From positions 1-57,551 of IMG/VR virus record IMGVR_UViG_3300020198_000019: a stretch of 57,551 nucleotides of DNA; one strand, 5' to 3'. This document shows, piece by piece, positions 30,647 through 40,187 of the stretch; position 1 is the stretch's first letter, and each line of letters begins with the position of its first letter. The notes under the pieces are model-generated. The model had not been told where the DNA came from and did no database searches. It worked only from the letters and a program-made list of their open reading frames with translations. Both the position numbers and the translations under genes were made by a program. Source of the stretch: a virus (taxonomy: Duplodnaviria > Caudoviricetes).

Positions 30647-30994
30647 ATGGCATGGAATTACGAGCATGTTGACGTGATCAGAGTGATCGACGGTGACACT
30701 GTTCAGTTGAGGATCGATTTAGGGAATCGGTGCTCATGGTGCGAGCATTTTCGGCTGTATGGCTACAACGCACCAGAGCCTCGCGGTGAATCGAGAGTCG
30801 AGGGAATGTCTGCAACTCAGCGTTTGCGCGAACTGTTAGCCAATGGCGTTGTGGCGGTGGAAACGCTGCGCCCAGACAAATACGGACGCACTCTCGCAAA
30901 GGTTTGTATTATGCAAGACGGTTTGCTGGCTGATGTCGCTGACATTATGGTTACCGAGGGTCACGGCGTGGCGTATGTAGGGGCCAAACAGTGA
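30647..30994 (+). CDS. Thermonuclease (SNase-like)
   Basis: RVIDGDTV, RLYGYNAPE and DKYGRTLA motifs. Confidence 0.9.
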   Translation: MAWNYEHVDVIRVIDGDTVQLRIDLGNRCSWCEHFRLYGYNAPEPRGESRVEGMSATQRLRELLANGVVAVETLRPDKYGRTLAKVCIMQDGLLADVADIMVTEGHGVAYVGAKQ

Positions 30995-31395
30995 AAGAAC
31001 CCTTGCGTGCGACTAACGACAGATTGCCTGTTTGCCTAATTGGTAACAGGCTGACTTTTGTTACGCGGCATACGCTGCAGATTGAGACGGGCGGCACAGT
31101 GCTGACTATCGAAATCCCAGAAGGCTACAGTTGGGACGGTGCGAGTATTCCGCGACTATGTTGGCCGATTGTCGGACATCCGCTCGAAGCGGATTTGCGG
31201 CTGGCCAGTCTGGTGCATGATTGGCGGTGCGAGAACGCAACCACACCAGCAGAAAGAATGGTGGGGGATGCGTTGTTTTTAGAGTTGCTGCATGGTGCAG
31301 GATTGCCGCGATGGCGGCGAGTTGCAATGTGGATTGCAGTGCGGTTGTATTCACTTTTATGTTGGAAGGCTAAGGGCAATGGCGAAACCGATTGA
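30991..31395 (+). CDS. DUF1353-family protein
   Basis: IPEGYSWDGASIPR, ASLVHDW and MWIAVR motifs. Confidence 0.85.
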   Translation: MKEPLRATNDRLPVCLIGNRLTFVTRHTLQIETGGTVLTIEIPEGYSWDGASIPRLCWPIVGHPLEADLRLASLVHDWRCENATTPAERMVGDALFLELLHGAGLPRWRRVAMWIAVRLYSLLCWKAKGNGETD

Positions 31396-31849
31396 CAAGT
31401 TTGCAAATGCTGTCGCAAATAATTGCGGCGGGCTGACGGGAACGTCAGACAGCGGAAAACGGGTTAGCTTTGATCCGATTACCATCGCGACATTGATCAC
31501 CACAATTTTGCCGATGATTACTGGTTTTTTTAAGGCGTGCAGAGAACGTCGCCAGCAGCGTCAGCAAGACCAAGACACACCGCAGCAGCAGATTGCTGCT
31601 GCACATGCCAGCCCGGCAGCGCGTGCAAAAAACGTCGCGCAGCTAAAGGTGCAGGTACTGAAGGCGTGCAAGGACGGCAAGGCCGCAGAAATCCGCCGAG
31701 CAAAGCAAACTGGGTTGCCAGCCGACATCGGGCGTTTTGCAATTGATGACCAGTCTGCCGAGCGAGTGGCAGACCGGCTGCACACTCAGTTTGCGACGAT
31801 GCCCGCAAAGGACGCTGATTCTCTTTGCCAGTCTTGTGGGGTGCGATAA
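31379..31849 (+). CDS. Hypothetical protein with one hydrophobic helix
   Basis: FDPITIATLITTILPMITGFF segment; ATG at 31379. Confidence 0.6.
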   Translation: MAKPIDKFANAVANNCGGLTGTSDSGKRVSFDPITIATLITTILPMITGFFKACRERRQQRQQDQDTPQQQIAAAHASPAARAKNVAQLKVQVLKACKDGKAAEIRRAKQTGLPADIGRFAIDDQSAERVADRLHTQFATMPAKDADSLCQSCGVR

Positions 31850-32544
31850 TGAGCCTGCTGCTGGCGGTGATGTTGGCACTGCAGGAGGGCACGCCAGCAA
31901 TTGTATTTCCGGTGGGGCCGGCAGCGCAGGATGCGCAGCCGGTCCCACCAGCAGTGGACTCAATCAGCACTGACGAGTGGTATCTGATCGAGTCGGACGT
32001 TGCTCTTGTTGTGCTGGATTCGCCGGCGGGTTTGGTGCAGGTCAGGCAGACCAAACAAGGGGCAGTGCTGCTGGGCAAATTCGCCGGCGTCAAGGGGATT
32101 ACCGAACGCACAATTGAACGCCAATTCGGCTATTTGGTCAGGGGCATGGCTGAAGGGCAAGTAGAGTTGCTGGTGTTTCCGTCTGGGGGATTAGATCCGT
32201 CAGACCTGCAACGGCGACGGCTGACCGTGCGGGCAGTCGTCGATCCGGACTTGCCGGGGCCGGTGCGACCGTTGCCGACCGATCCGGTGTCCGTGGCGTT
32301 TCGCCAGTATGAGCAGGAATGGAGGACGGCACAGGGCGAAATGGCTGACAGGTTGGATAGCGGGTTGTTGGCAAGTGAGGCAGCAGCGGCAGAGTGGTTC
32401 GCAACTGCAAATCTTGAGGCCCGAAAACGGGCATTCACTCCGGTGCTAAAGCTGGAGGCCGAGGCATTCGGTGGGGATTTGTGGACGGCAAAGAAACACG
32501 CTGATTTCGTGCGACGGTATGCAGCAAGGCAGGTGACCCCATGA
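31849..32544 (+). CDS. Exported hypothetical protein
   Basis: Signal-like MSLLLAVMLALQ; TAATG coupling. Confidence 0.6.
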   Translation: MSLLLAVMLALQEGTPAIVFPVGPAAQDAQPVPPAVDSISTDEWYLIESDVALVVLDSPAGLVQVRQTKQGAVLLGKFAGVKGITERTIERQFGYLVRGMAEGQVELLVFPSGGLDPSDLQRRRLTVRAVVDPDLPGPVRPLPTDPVSVAFRQYEQEWRTAQGEMADRLDSGLLASEAAAAEWFATANLEARKRAFTPVLKLEAEAFGGDLWTAKKHADFVRRYAARQVTP

Positions 32545-33398
32545 GTGCTGGCGAAAACTTACACCCACCCACAGATGCCGAGCGTGAGGCCGTGGCACGA
32601 CTATGCAGCGTGACCGTCAATGCTGATGAGTTTAGCGGATACGTCGATGTATTACGCGATCCGAAAAACAGTCCGATCCCGCACATGCAGGTTGAGCGGC
32701 AGCAACGCAGCGACTGCCAAGGCAACGCCTTAGCGAACGGTGAAGAGTATCGGACGTGGTACTGTTCAGGCCGTCGTGTGATGCCGCAGTTGAGCGAAAT
32801 GTACGCCTACAACTGCAGCGAGTATCTGATGCAACCGAGCCAAGTTGGACGCGATCAGGGCACCAGCATCAACAGCGGTGTGCGTGTGCTGCAGAATGGG
32901 GCGGAAGATCTTGGTGTACCCGGTGGACTACCACTGGAGTCGGTCTGGCCGTATTCGCGCTACTGCCGGAATGCCGCGCAGTTTCGTGCAGCGTGCAACG
33001 GTCTGGAAGTTGAGACGCCGCACGTTACCGAGGTTGGCGACATGCCGGAGTCATTCGACGACATGCTGGCAGCAGTCGCCGCAGGTGGCACAGGTCACAT
33101 CGGCACGAAATGGGGCGTTAGTTGGCAGACGGTGCCGGGTTCACCGAAACGGCTCATGGATAAGATGCCTACGTCAGGCGGCGGTCATGCGACCGAGATC
33201 TTATGGGCTATTGAACTCAACGGCGTGTGGTATTTGGTCGTATGGAACAGTCACGGCGATGGGTACTACCTTATGAGTCGGCGGTGTTACGATCAGTTGA
33301 CAAAGGCGAAGTGGGAGCCATTTGGCGGCTACCTGCTGACGCCTGACAGGATGGTCGAACGGTATGACCGCATCACCCAGGGCGGAGGGTATTTCTGA
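32541..33398 (+). CDS. Papain-like (C1) cysteine peptidase
   Basis: Q..SDC (oxyanion Gln and catalytic Cys), GGHA (His), WNSHG (Asn). Confidence 0.8.
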   Translation: MSAGENLHPPTDAEREAVARLCSVTVNADEFSGYVDVLRDPKNSPIPHMQVERQQRSDCQGNALANGEEYRTWYCSGRRVMPQLSEMYAYNCSEYLMQPSQVGRDQGTSINSGVRVLQNGAEDLGVPGGLPLESVWPYSRYCRNAAQFRAACNGLEVETPHVTEVGDMPESFDDMLAAVAAGGTGHIGTKWGVSWQTVPGSPKRLMDKMPTSGGGHATEILWAIELNGVWYLVVWNSHGDGYYLMSRRCYDQLTKAKWEPFGGYLLTPDRMVERYDRITQGGGYF

Positions 33399-33829
33399 TG
33401 AAATGGTTGCTTGCTTTTGTTTTGGCGTCGTCATGCATTGTGCCAGCGTGCGCGTTCACGGACGAACCTGCAAACGTAGCCGATTGGCAAACGCTACTGA
33501 AACGAATGGAAACATTGGAGCGACGGGTCGATTCGTTGCAGCAGGCAAATGTGCCGGTTACATCTCAAGCACCCGCTCCCGCTAAAACGAAGCCAGTGCT
33601 TGAGGTGCATTCTGAGACGTGGTGTGGCCCGTGTCAGGTGTTCAAGTCAGATCTGCTGGCTGCCGGTGAAGTGCCAGTTGAAATACGCTACATACGATTC
33701 TCTAATCGCGTTCCGGCATTCCGATGGACTGGGTCGGACGGTCGGAAAGTTGTAAAGACAGGGTATCAGCGCGGTAGCCTGCAGACGTTGCTAACACAGG
33801 TCGTTGCAGCAGCGACACCAAAAGAGTAA
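33398..33829 (+). CDS. Exported thioredoxin-like protein
   Basis: Signal peptide, short coiled coil, WCGPC active site. Confidence 0.75.
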   Translation: MKWLLAFVLASSCIVPACAFTDEPANVADWQTLLKRMETLERRVDSLQQANVPVTSQAPAPAKTKPVLEVHSETWCGPCQVFKSDLLAAGEVPVEIRYIRFSNRVPAFRWTGSDGRKVVKTGYQRGSLQTLLTQVVAAATPKE

Positions 33830-33871
33830 AATTTACGGCGACATTTGAAAAAAAACGAGGCCGAGAATGCG

Positions 33872-34072
33872 ATGGCAGACAAAAAACAGCCTGACGACGA
33901 TAATGACGACGTGGTGCATTTTGAAATGCCCGGTCTGTCAGTACGAATCACTGATCGAACACTGGAAACGATTGGCAAATACACTGGCAAATCGTGGATG
34001 GCGGTCGTGTTTGCACTCGCCATTGCAATCATAGTTTACGCGATGACGGCTTTTGCAAGGGGTTCCATGTGA
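33872..34072 (+). CDS. Small membrane protein (holin-like candidate)
   Basis: One C-terminal TM helix, acidic N-terminus. Confidence 0.5.
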   Translation: MADKKQPDDDNDDVVHFEMPGLSVRITDRTLETIGKYTGKSWMAVVFALAIAIIVYAMTAFARGSM

Positions 34073-34350
34073 TGGATATTACGACGGAATTTTACGAGAC
34101 TGCAGCGGTCGCGTGGGCATGTGGATTGATTAGCGTGTTGTGCGCGGTAGAGGCATGGCGACAGCGGCAGATTCGATGGCAGGCAATTGGGTGCATCCTA
34201 GCGGCTTTGAGTGGCGTGCTGTGCCCAGCAACATTGACCCGAGGATATTATGACGCAGTTTGCGCGAATCAGCAGTTGGCGTCATTGATGGTTCAGACAG
34301 AGACCGACGAGCAGCAACCGCGTGTACAAATCGTGCAGTCGGAATACTAA
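34072..34350 (+). CDS. Two-TM membrane protein (holin-like candidate)
   Basis: TGATG coupling; two hydrophobic segments. Confidence 0.5.
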   Translation: MDITTEFYETAAVAWACGLISVLCAVEAWRQRQIRWQAIGCILAALSGVLCPATLTRGYYDAVCANQQLASLMVQTETDEQQPRVQIVQSEY

Positions 34351-34352
34351 CA

Positions 34353-35885
34353 ATGGGCATTTCAGCGTTCCCATATACCGCCGTTCTCGACGTGTCGGCA
34401 AACACTCTGCTTGGCAACAACACCGGCAGCTCCGCAGCGGCAATCGCACTGACGGCAACGCAGGTGCGGACGCTGCTGTCCGTTTACACGTCCGCCGAGG
34501 TTGACACACTGCTGGCGGCATATCAACCGCTGGACGGCGATCTAACAGCAATCGCAGCACTGACGACTACCGCATTTGGCCGATCATTACTGACGCTAGC
34601 AGACGGTGCGGCGACTCGCACAGCAATCGGTGCAGGCACATCCTCGTTTAGCGGATCTTACGGGGATTTGAGCGGGGTTCCTGCGACGTTCACGCCAGCA
34701 AGTCACACGCACGGCAACATCACAAATGCAGGAGCAATTGGCGCAACAGCAAGCCTGCCAATCATTACCGGGGCGTCTGGTGTTTTGACGGCGGGCGCAT
34801 TTGGCACAACGTCTGGCACATTTTGTGAGGGCAACGACAGCAGGCTTGCAGACCAACGCACGCCGACAGCACACAAAACAAATCACGCAACAGGCGGCAG
34901 CGATGCACTGACCGCAGCCGACATCGGAGCAGCAGCCACAAGTCACACGCACGCAGCATCAGACATTACCAGCGGCACGATTGCTACGCCGAGACTCGCT
35001 AGTGGCACGGCTGATGCGACGACGTTTTTGCGTGGTGATCAAACGTGGGCAGTGCCAAGTGGCGGTATTACAAGCTTGAATTCGTTGACCACGGCTACGC
35101 AGACATTTGCCATAGGCACAAGCGGCAGCAATGTTGCGTTTTCGTCGGCGTCTGGAGTTCACACCCTGAACATTCCTGACGCATCGGCTTCGGCAAGAGG
35201 AGTCATCACTACAGGCACACAGACGATTGCAGGCAAGAAAACATTGAGCGAGGTGCATGTTGTTGGTTCGAGCAATCTCACGCAAATCGACATCACACCG
35301 GCAAGCAGCCAATCGGTCAATCAGCAAATTTGGCGCACAAGTGCCGGTGCGGCTATTGGTGTCATTGATTCGGCGGGTCGTCCTGTATTTGGGAGCGGCA
35401 GTTGGACACTGAACAGTGCGTTCCACGCCGTCGCATGGTATGGTGCTACAATTGGCTGGTCATCAGCCGGAATCGTGACCGGAACATCAACTCATGACAC
35501 TGGGCTCGTTCGTGATGGCGGTGCAGGCATTGTTGGTCTGCGAGCGTCTACAACAGCGCATACGCTGCGCATTTACAACACCTATACCAGTGCTACCAGC
35601 TTTGATCGGCTGAACATTGCGTGGGCGAGCATCTCAGGAACACCAGTCTGCACCATTGAAACAGACAACGCAGGCGGCACGCTGAAAGGTCTACGCATCG
35701 GCGGCTCGGCGTCTGCACTGCTCGGCATGTACGGTGCAACACCGATTGTTCAGCCGACTACAGCAGTAGATTCAGCCAGTCATGAACTATATGCTGGCAA
35801 CACACTCAGCGACGCTGACACCTTCGACGGTTATACTATTGCTCAGGTCGTCAAAGCCCTGCGAAATCTAGGAGTTCTTGCATAA
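34353..35885 (+). CDS. Tail fibre protein
   Basis: YQPLDGDLTAIAAL, HTH repeats (SHTHGNITNAG, SHTHAASDITSG), FLRGDQTW fibre motifs. Confidence 0.8.
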   Translation: MGISAFPYTAVLDVSANTLLGNNTGSSAAAIALTATQVRTLLSVYTSAEVDTLLAAYQPLDGDLTAIAALTTTAFGRSLLTLADGAATRTAIGAGTSSFSGSYGDLSGVPATFTPASHTHGNITNAGAIGATASLPIITGASGVLTAGAFGTTSGTFCEGNDSRLADQRTPTAHKTNHATGGSDALTAADIGAAATSHTHAASDITSGTIATPRLASGTADATTFLRGDQTWAVPSGGITSLNSLTTATQTFAIGTSGSNVAFSSASGVHTLNIPDASASARGVITTGTQTIAGKKTLSEVHVVGSSNLTQIDITPASSQSVNQQIWRTSAGAAIGVIDSAGRPVFGSGSWTLNSAFHAVAWYGATIGWSSAGIVTGTSTHDTGLVRDGGAGIVGLRASTTAHTLRIYNTYTSATSFDRLNIAWASISGTPVCTIETDNAGGTLKGLRIGGSASALLGMYGATPIVQPTTAVDSASHELYAGNTLSDADTFDGYTIAQVVKALRNLGVLA

Positions 35886-36262
35886 TGCCACTACCAGTAC
35901 CCGAGATCCCCGAAAACCGAGCGGCACAGTATGCCGCGAACATTATCCTTCGAGCCAATCAGGCCGAGGAAAACGTAGGGCGTGAGTACATCGCCACCTA
36001 CCAGCATACCTGGGGCGTGAGTCAGCTTGGCGGCGGCAGTATACACACTCAGCAACAGATGCAGGACATTATCGATGCTATGCCGCCAACTACAGTGTTA
36101 CTGTTGCTCGGTATGGGGCGGCAGTTTGTATCAACATACGGTACTTTGCTGCCTGTAGAGTATCACAAAGCAGCATGGGCATTTGAGGTCGGTGCAAACA
36201 ACAGAGTCGTGATCGGTGAACTACTGCCCGTTTGGCAATCGGCATCAACAGAGGCGACGTAA
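35885..36262 (+). CDS. Hypothetical protein (possible fibre chaperone)
   Basis: TAATG-coupled between the two fibre genes. Confidence 0.6.
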   Translation: MPLPVPEIPENRAAQYAANIILRANQAEENVGREYIATYQHTWGVSQLGGGSIHTQQQMQDIIDAMPPTTVLLLLGMGRQFVSTYGTLLPVEYHKAAWAFEVGANNRVVIGELLPVWQSASTEAT

Positions 36263-39200
36263 ATGGCTACGCAGACCATTGAATTTGCAGCCCCATCCGG
36301 CCAGACAATCACAGCGAAACTATTCGATGCAGGGTCTGACACGATCGAGGCGACAGCCAGCAGCGTCACGGCCAGAACAAATGCCGCAGGCGTGTACGTC
36401 GCAACGGTGACAAGCACGCTTTCAGGCGTGTATCGATTGGTGGCGACAAACCCAGCCGGCACGCTGCTTGCACAGTGGTGGGTCAGATTAGCGAATGCCG
36501 ATGGCACATACATAGCATATGAAAGCCCGAACGCCGACTATCTTGATGCAACAGTGAGCAGCAGGCTCGCAACCTCGGGCTACACAACACCACCGACAGC
36601 GGCAACGAATGCAACGGCAGTCAGAACGGAATTGGCAACCGAATTGGGTCGCATCGATGTTGCAGTCTCTACGCGATCAACATTTGCCGGAGGTGCTGTA
36701 GCGTCGGTGACTGCAGGCGTCACAGTCACCACAAACAACGACAAAACCGGCTACGCACTGACTGCAGTCACTGGATTAGGCAATCAGACGGCAAACATTA
36801 CAGGCAACGTGAGCGGCTCCGTGGGCAGCGTGACGGGGGCCGTAGGAAGCGTGACGGGGGCTGTAGGCAGCGTGACGGGGGCTGTAGGCAGCGTGACAAA
36901 CAGAGTCACGGCAAATACGGATCAATGGAACGGCGTGACTGTAACAGGAATGCCGATGCCTACCTATGTGCAGCCGACTGGTTTTCTCGCCGCGACATTT
37001 CCTGCGACTGTCAGCAGCTTTGCGGGCGGTGCGGTGTCAAGCGTGACCGGCAACGTCGGCGGGAACGTCGTCGGGTCGGTTGGCAGCATTTCCGGAGTGA
37101 CGTTCCCGGCTAACTTCGCAACCCTCGGCATCAACGCCAGCGGTCACGTCTCGCGTGTTGTGCTGGTCGATACCACAACAACAAACAGCGACATGCGAGG
37201 CACCGACAACGCACTGCTGGCATCGGGTTACACAGTTCCGCCGACAGCAGCAGCTAATGCAACAGCGGTACGCACAGAGTTGGCAACCGAGCTAGGGCGT
37301 GTCGATGTTGCAGTGTCAACGCGATCAACATTTGCGGGCGGTGCTGTAGCAAGCGTGACCGGCAACGTGGGCGGGAATGTTGTTGGTAGTGTAGGAAGCG
37401 TCACAGGGGCTGTCGGTTCGGTTACTGCACAAGTTACGGCGAACGTAAATGAATGGGGTGGAGCGGCAGTAACAGGAATGCCAATGCCTACATATGTGCA
37501 GCCTACTGGATTTCTCGCGACGACATTTCCTGCGACTGTTAGCAGCTTTGCTGGTGGTGCTGTAGCAAGCGTGAGCGGATCAGTGGGGAGTGTTACCGGC
37601 AATGTTGGCGGCAACGTCGTCGGATCAGTTGGCAGTATCAGCGGGGTGACGTTCCCGGCGAACTTTGCGGCCCTCGGCATCAATGCCAGTGGTCACGTCT
37701 CGCGTGTTGTGCTGGTCGATACCACAACAACAAACAGCGATATGCGAGGCACCGACAACGCACTGCTGGCATCGGGTTACACAGAACCGCCGACAGCGGC
37801 AGTCAATGCGACAGCAGTCAGAACGGAATTGGCAACCGAATTAGATCGCATAGACGTTGCTGTCTCTACGCGATCAACATTCGCCGGTGGTGCTGTAGCA
37901 AGCGTGACTGCAGGCGTAACAGTCACTACGAACAACGACAAAACCGGCTACGCACTGACTGCAGTAACCGGATTAGGCAATCAGACGGCAAACATCACAG
38001 GCAACGTGAGCGGGTCCGTGGGCAGCATCAGCGGTGTGACGTTTCCCACCAATTTCGCGGCACTCGGAATTAATGCTAGTGGTCATGTTTCGCGTGTTGT
38101 GTTGGTAGATACAACGACAACAAACGAAGATAAAACTGGCTACAGTTTGCAAGCAGCAACAGGACTCGGCAATCAGACGGCAAACATCACAGGCAATATA
38201 ATAGGTTCAGTCGCTAGCGTAACTGGATCAGTGGGTTCTGTTACTGGAAATGTTGGCGGCAACGTCGTAGGGTCAGTGGGCAGTATTTCCGGGGTGACGT
38301 TCCCGGCGAACTTTGCGGCCCTCGGCATCAATGCCAGCGGTCACGTTTCGCGTGTTGTGCTGGTCGATACAACAACCGTGAACAGTGACATGCGAGGCAC
38401 TGACAACGCACTGCTGGCGGCAAGCTACACGGCACCACTGACCACCGCAGGAACAGCGGCGGCGGTTTGGAATGCACTGCTGGCGACATACACGACTGCA
38501 GGCAGTTTCGGGGCAAGGGTCGTGCGTTCAACGAACAGCAACAACGAACTGCAGTTGACGGGCAGCCATCATGCGGCGGCTGTATTGCACGATGCCGAGC
38601 CTGACAGCATACCGGCGGATGCACTGACCGCAGCGACCATCACTGCAATACAGGCAGGGCTGGCAACGGCAGCGAATCAGACAACGATAATTCAGTACAT
38701 CGATACTGAGATTGCAGCAATCAAACTTGTGACCGATAAGATCAACACCGGACTGGTACAGGACGGTGCGGTCTATCAGTTTACTGTCAACATGCTGGAG
38801 AATGGTCCTGCAGGTGCTGGCGGCGGATCTGCAACACTCGGCAATCAAGAGACAATCATCCAACATTTGGAAGGGATAAAAGGTGCGGGGTGGGACAGCT
38901 CGGATGCTCTAACTGCAATCTCGAGCCTTGTTGCCGCCGGTATTGGGTCAGCTCTTGCGTCGTTGGGGTTTACGACGGGCACAATCGCCGGGTTTCCCAC
39001 GACGCTACGTGTCGGAGACAGCTACACGCTGGCCGTCAACCGTGCGATTGCCGTGTACGTGCGCGATGCGCAAGGCACGCCTATAACTCAGGTCGGATCC
39101 AAGCTGTTCTCCGACGCACAGTTCAAACCTGCATGCGTGATAACGCAGGACGGGCAATCCGGTCGTGTGGATGCAACCGTGACATGGGTTCCTCCGGTCG

Positions 39201-39352
39201 GACAGGCCGAGGGTTACCTGCGCATTGAGATACCCAGTAGCAGGAGCGCTCTTGCCCGGGCCGGGGTAGCCTCAGTACAGGTCACGCTGCAGTGGCCCGG
39301 AGTGGTGTTTACCCTAGCCACTCAAGCGGTAACGTGGCTGCCAAAAGTCTGA
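36263..39352 (+). CDS. Repeat-rich fibre/adhesin-like virion protein
   Basis: Repeated GSVGSVTG heptads, AVRTELATEL x3, ISGVTFPxNFAxLGINASGHVSRVVLVDTT x4. Confidence 0.75.
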   Translation: MATQTIEFAAPSGQTITAKLFDAGSDTIEATASSVTARTNAAGVYVATVTSTLSGVYRLVATNPAGTLLAQWWVRLANADGTYIAYESPNADYLDATVSSRLATSGYTTPPTAATNATAVRTELATELGRIDVAVSTRSTFAGGAVASVTAGVTVTTNNDKTGYALTAVTGLGNQTANITGNVSGSVGSVTGAVGSVTGAVGSVTGAVGSVTNRVTANTDQWNGVTVTGMPMPTYVQPTGFLAATFPATVSSFAGGAVSSVTGNVGGNVVGSVGSISGVTFPANFATLGINASGHVSRVVLVDTTTTNSDMRGTDNALLASGYTVPPTAAANATAVRTELATELGRVDVAVSTRSTFAGGAVASVTGNVGGNVVGSVGSVTGAVGSVTAQVTANVNEWGGAAVTGMPMPTYVQPTGFLATTFPATVSSFAGGAVASVSGSVGSVTGNVGGNVVGSVGSISGVTFPANFAALGINASGHVSRVVLVDTTTTNSDMRGTDNALLASGYTEPPTAAVNATAVRTELATELDRIDVAVSTRSTFAGGAVASVTAGVTVTTNNDKTGYALTAVTGLGNQTANITGNVSGSVGSISGVTFPTNFAALGINASGHVSRVVLVDTTTTNEDKTGYSLQAATGLGNQTANITGNIIGSVASVTGSVGSVTGNVGGNVVGSVGSISGVTFPANFAALGINASGHVSRVVLVDTTTVNSDMRGTDNALLAASYTAPLTTAGTAAAVWNALLATYTTAGSFGARVVRSTNSNNELQLTGSHHAAAVLHDAEPDSIPADALTAATITAIQAGLATAANQTTIIQYIDTEIAAIKLVTDKINTGLVQDGAVYQFTVNMLENGPAGAGGGSATLGNQETIIQHLEGIKGAGWDSSDALTAISSLVAAGIGSALASLGFTTGTIAGFPTTLRVGDSYTLAVNRAIAVYVRDAQGTPITQVGSKLFSDAQFKPACVITQDGQSGRVDATVTWVPPVGQAEGYLRIEIPSSRSALARAGVASVQVTLQWPGVVFTLATQAVTWLPKV
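36560..38420 (+). repeat. Intragenic long imperfect repeats in the fibre gene
   Basis: ggtcacgtctcgcgtgttgtgctggtcgatac-like block at ~37142, ~37691, ~38081, ~38339; 21-bp tandem unit at ~36822-36897. Confidence 0.85.
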
Positions 39353-39372
39353 AAAAAATTCCACAAACTTTG

Positions 39373-39400
39373 TTGACAATCTCCACCGCCCGTGTAGACT
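39373..39400 (+). promoter_or_regulatory. Sigma70-type promoter TTGACA-N16-TAGACT for the replication operon
   Basis: Perfect -35, AT-rich UP-like region upstream, AAAGGAGG RBS downstream. Confidence 0.7.
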
Positions 39401-39433
39401 GCCCCCGCCCTTAATTGAAAGGAGGGGCTGTTT

Positions 39434-40186
39434 ATGAGACTGTATTGTCGGATTGTTGATTTGCCCGCGTTGCTTACGCAGGCGGGCATTACCACCATCG
39501 CGTTTGAGTTGGATCTGAACGCCACATTTCACGAGGACGGTCCCGGCGACGGGTCTCTTGGTCCCGCCCACTCCGTAGTTCAGGAGGTACCGGTTACGGT
39601 GTCGCCGGGTTTGCCGGCACCACCAGCGGCGGGGGAACCAAAGAAGCGCGGACGTAAAAAGGCGGCAGCGGACACTGCAGCTCTCGCAGATCCTGCTTCT
39701 GTTGCTGACGCACAGCAGCCGTTGTACGCCCCGATGCCGTTGCCTACCCGCAGCACAACGATTGGTGCAGTGAAAGATCTTGCTGCCCCGCACAGCCTTT
39801 CGCCTACGATCTCTGGAAGCGTCCGCACGTATCCGGCAAACCCGGAGCTGACTCCGGCAACGTCGGCGAACGGGGGTGTTCAGGTGGCCGGGTACCACCC
39901 GGGGACACCTATTGGCACGTCGATTGAACCCCCAACCTTTGGCGGTTTCTCGGGAGCCCCCACCTTTGGGCAGGGCGTTGCTCCGTGGGCAACGCCGGCG
40001 GTAGTACCTGTTGCCACGCAGATGACCCTGCAGCAGATCCACGGCGTAATGCTCAAGGCCCACCAGACCAACCCGGATGGGTTTGCTCAGGCGATGGCGG
40101 CAGCCAGTCTGCAGCCTAACGCGGTCACCGTTGCAGACGGGGCCCGTGTTGTGGCCGCTCTCGCTCCGATTGTGGGGGTAAACTGA
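39434..40186 (+). CDS. Hypothetical replication-module protein (Pro/Ala-rich)
   Basis: Strong RBS; typical slot upstream of DUF2800. Confidence 0.65.
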   Translation: MRLYCRIVDLPALLTQAGITTIAFELDLNATFHEDGPGDGSLGPAHSVVQEVPVTVSPGLPAPPAAGEPKKRGRKKAAADTAALADPASVADAQQPLYAPMPLPTRSTTIGAVKDLAAPHSLSPTISGSVRTYPANPELTPATSANGGVQVAGYHPGTPIGTSIEPPTFGGFSGAPTFGQGVAPWATPAVVPVATQMTLQQIHGVMLKAHQTNPDGFAQAMAAASLQPNAVTVADGARVVAALAPIVGVN

Positions 40187-40187
40187 G

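Noticed and set aside
36560-38420. Diversity-generating retroelement TR/VR pair
   Set aside because: Repeats are in-frame coding blocks with mostly synonymous differences, not adenine-specific; no reverse transcriptase in the window
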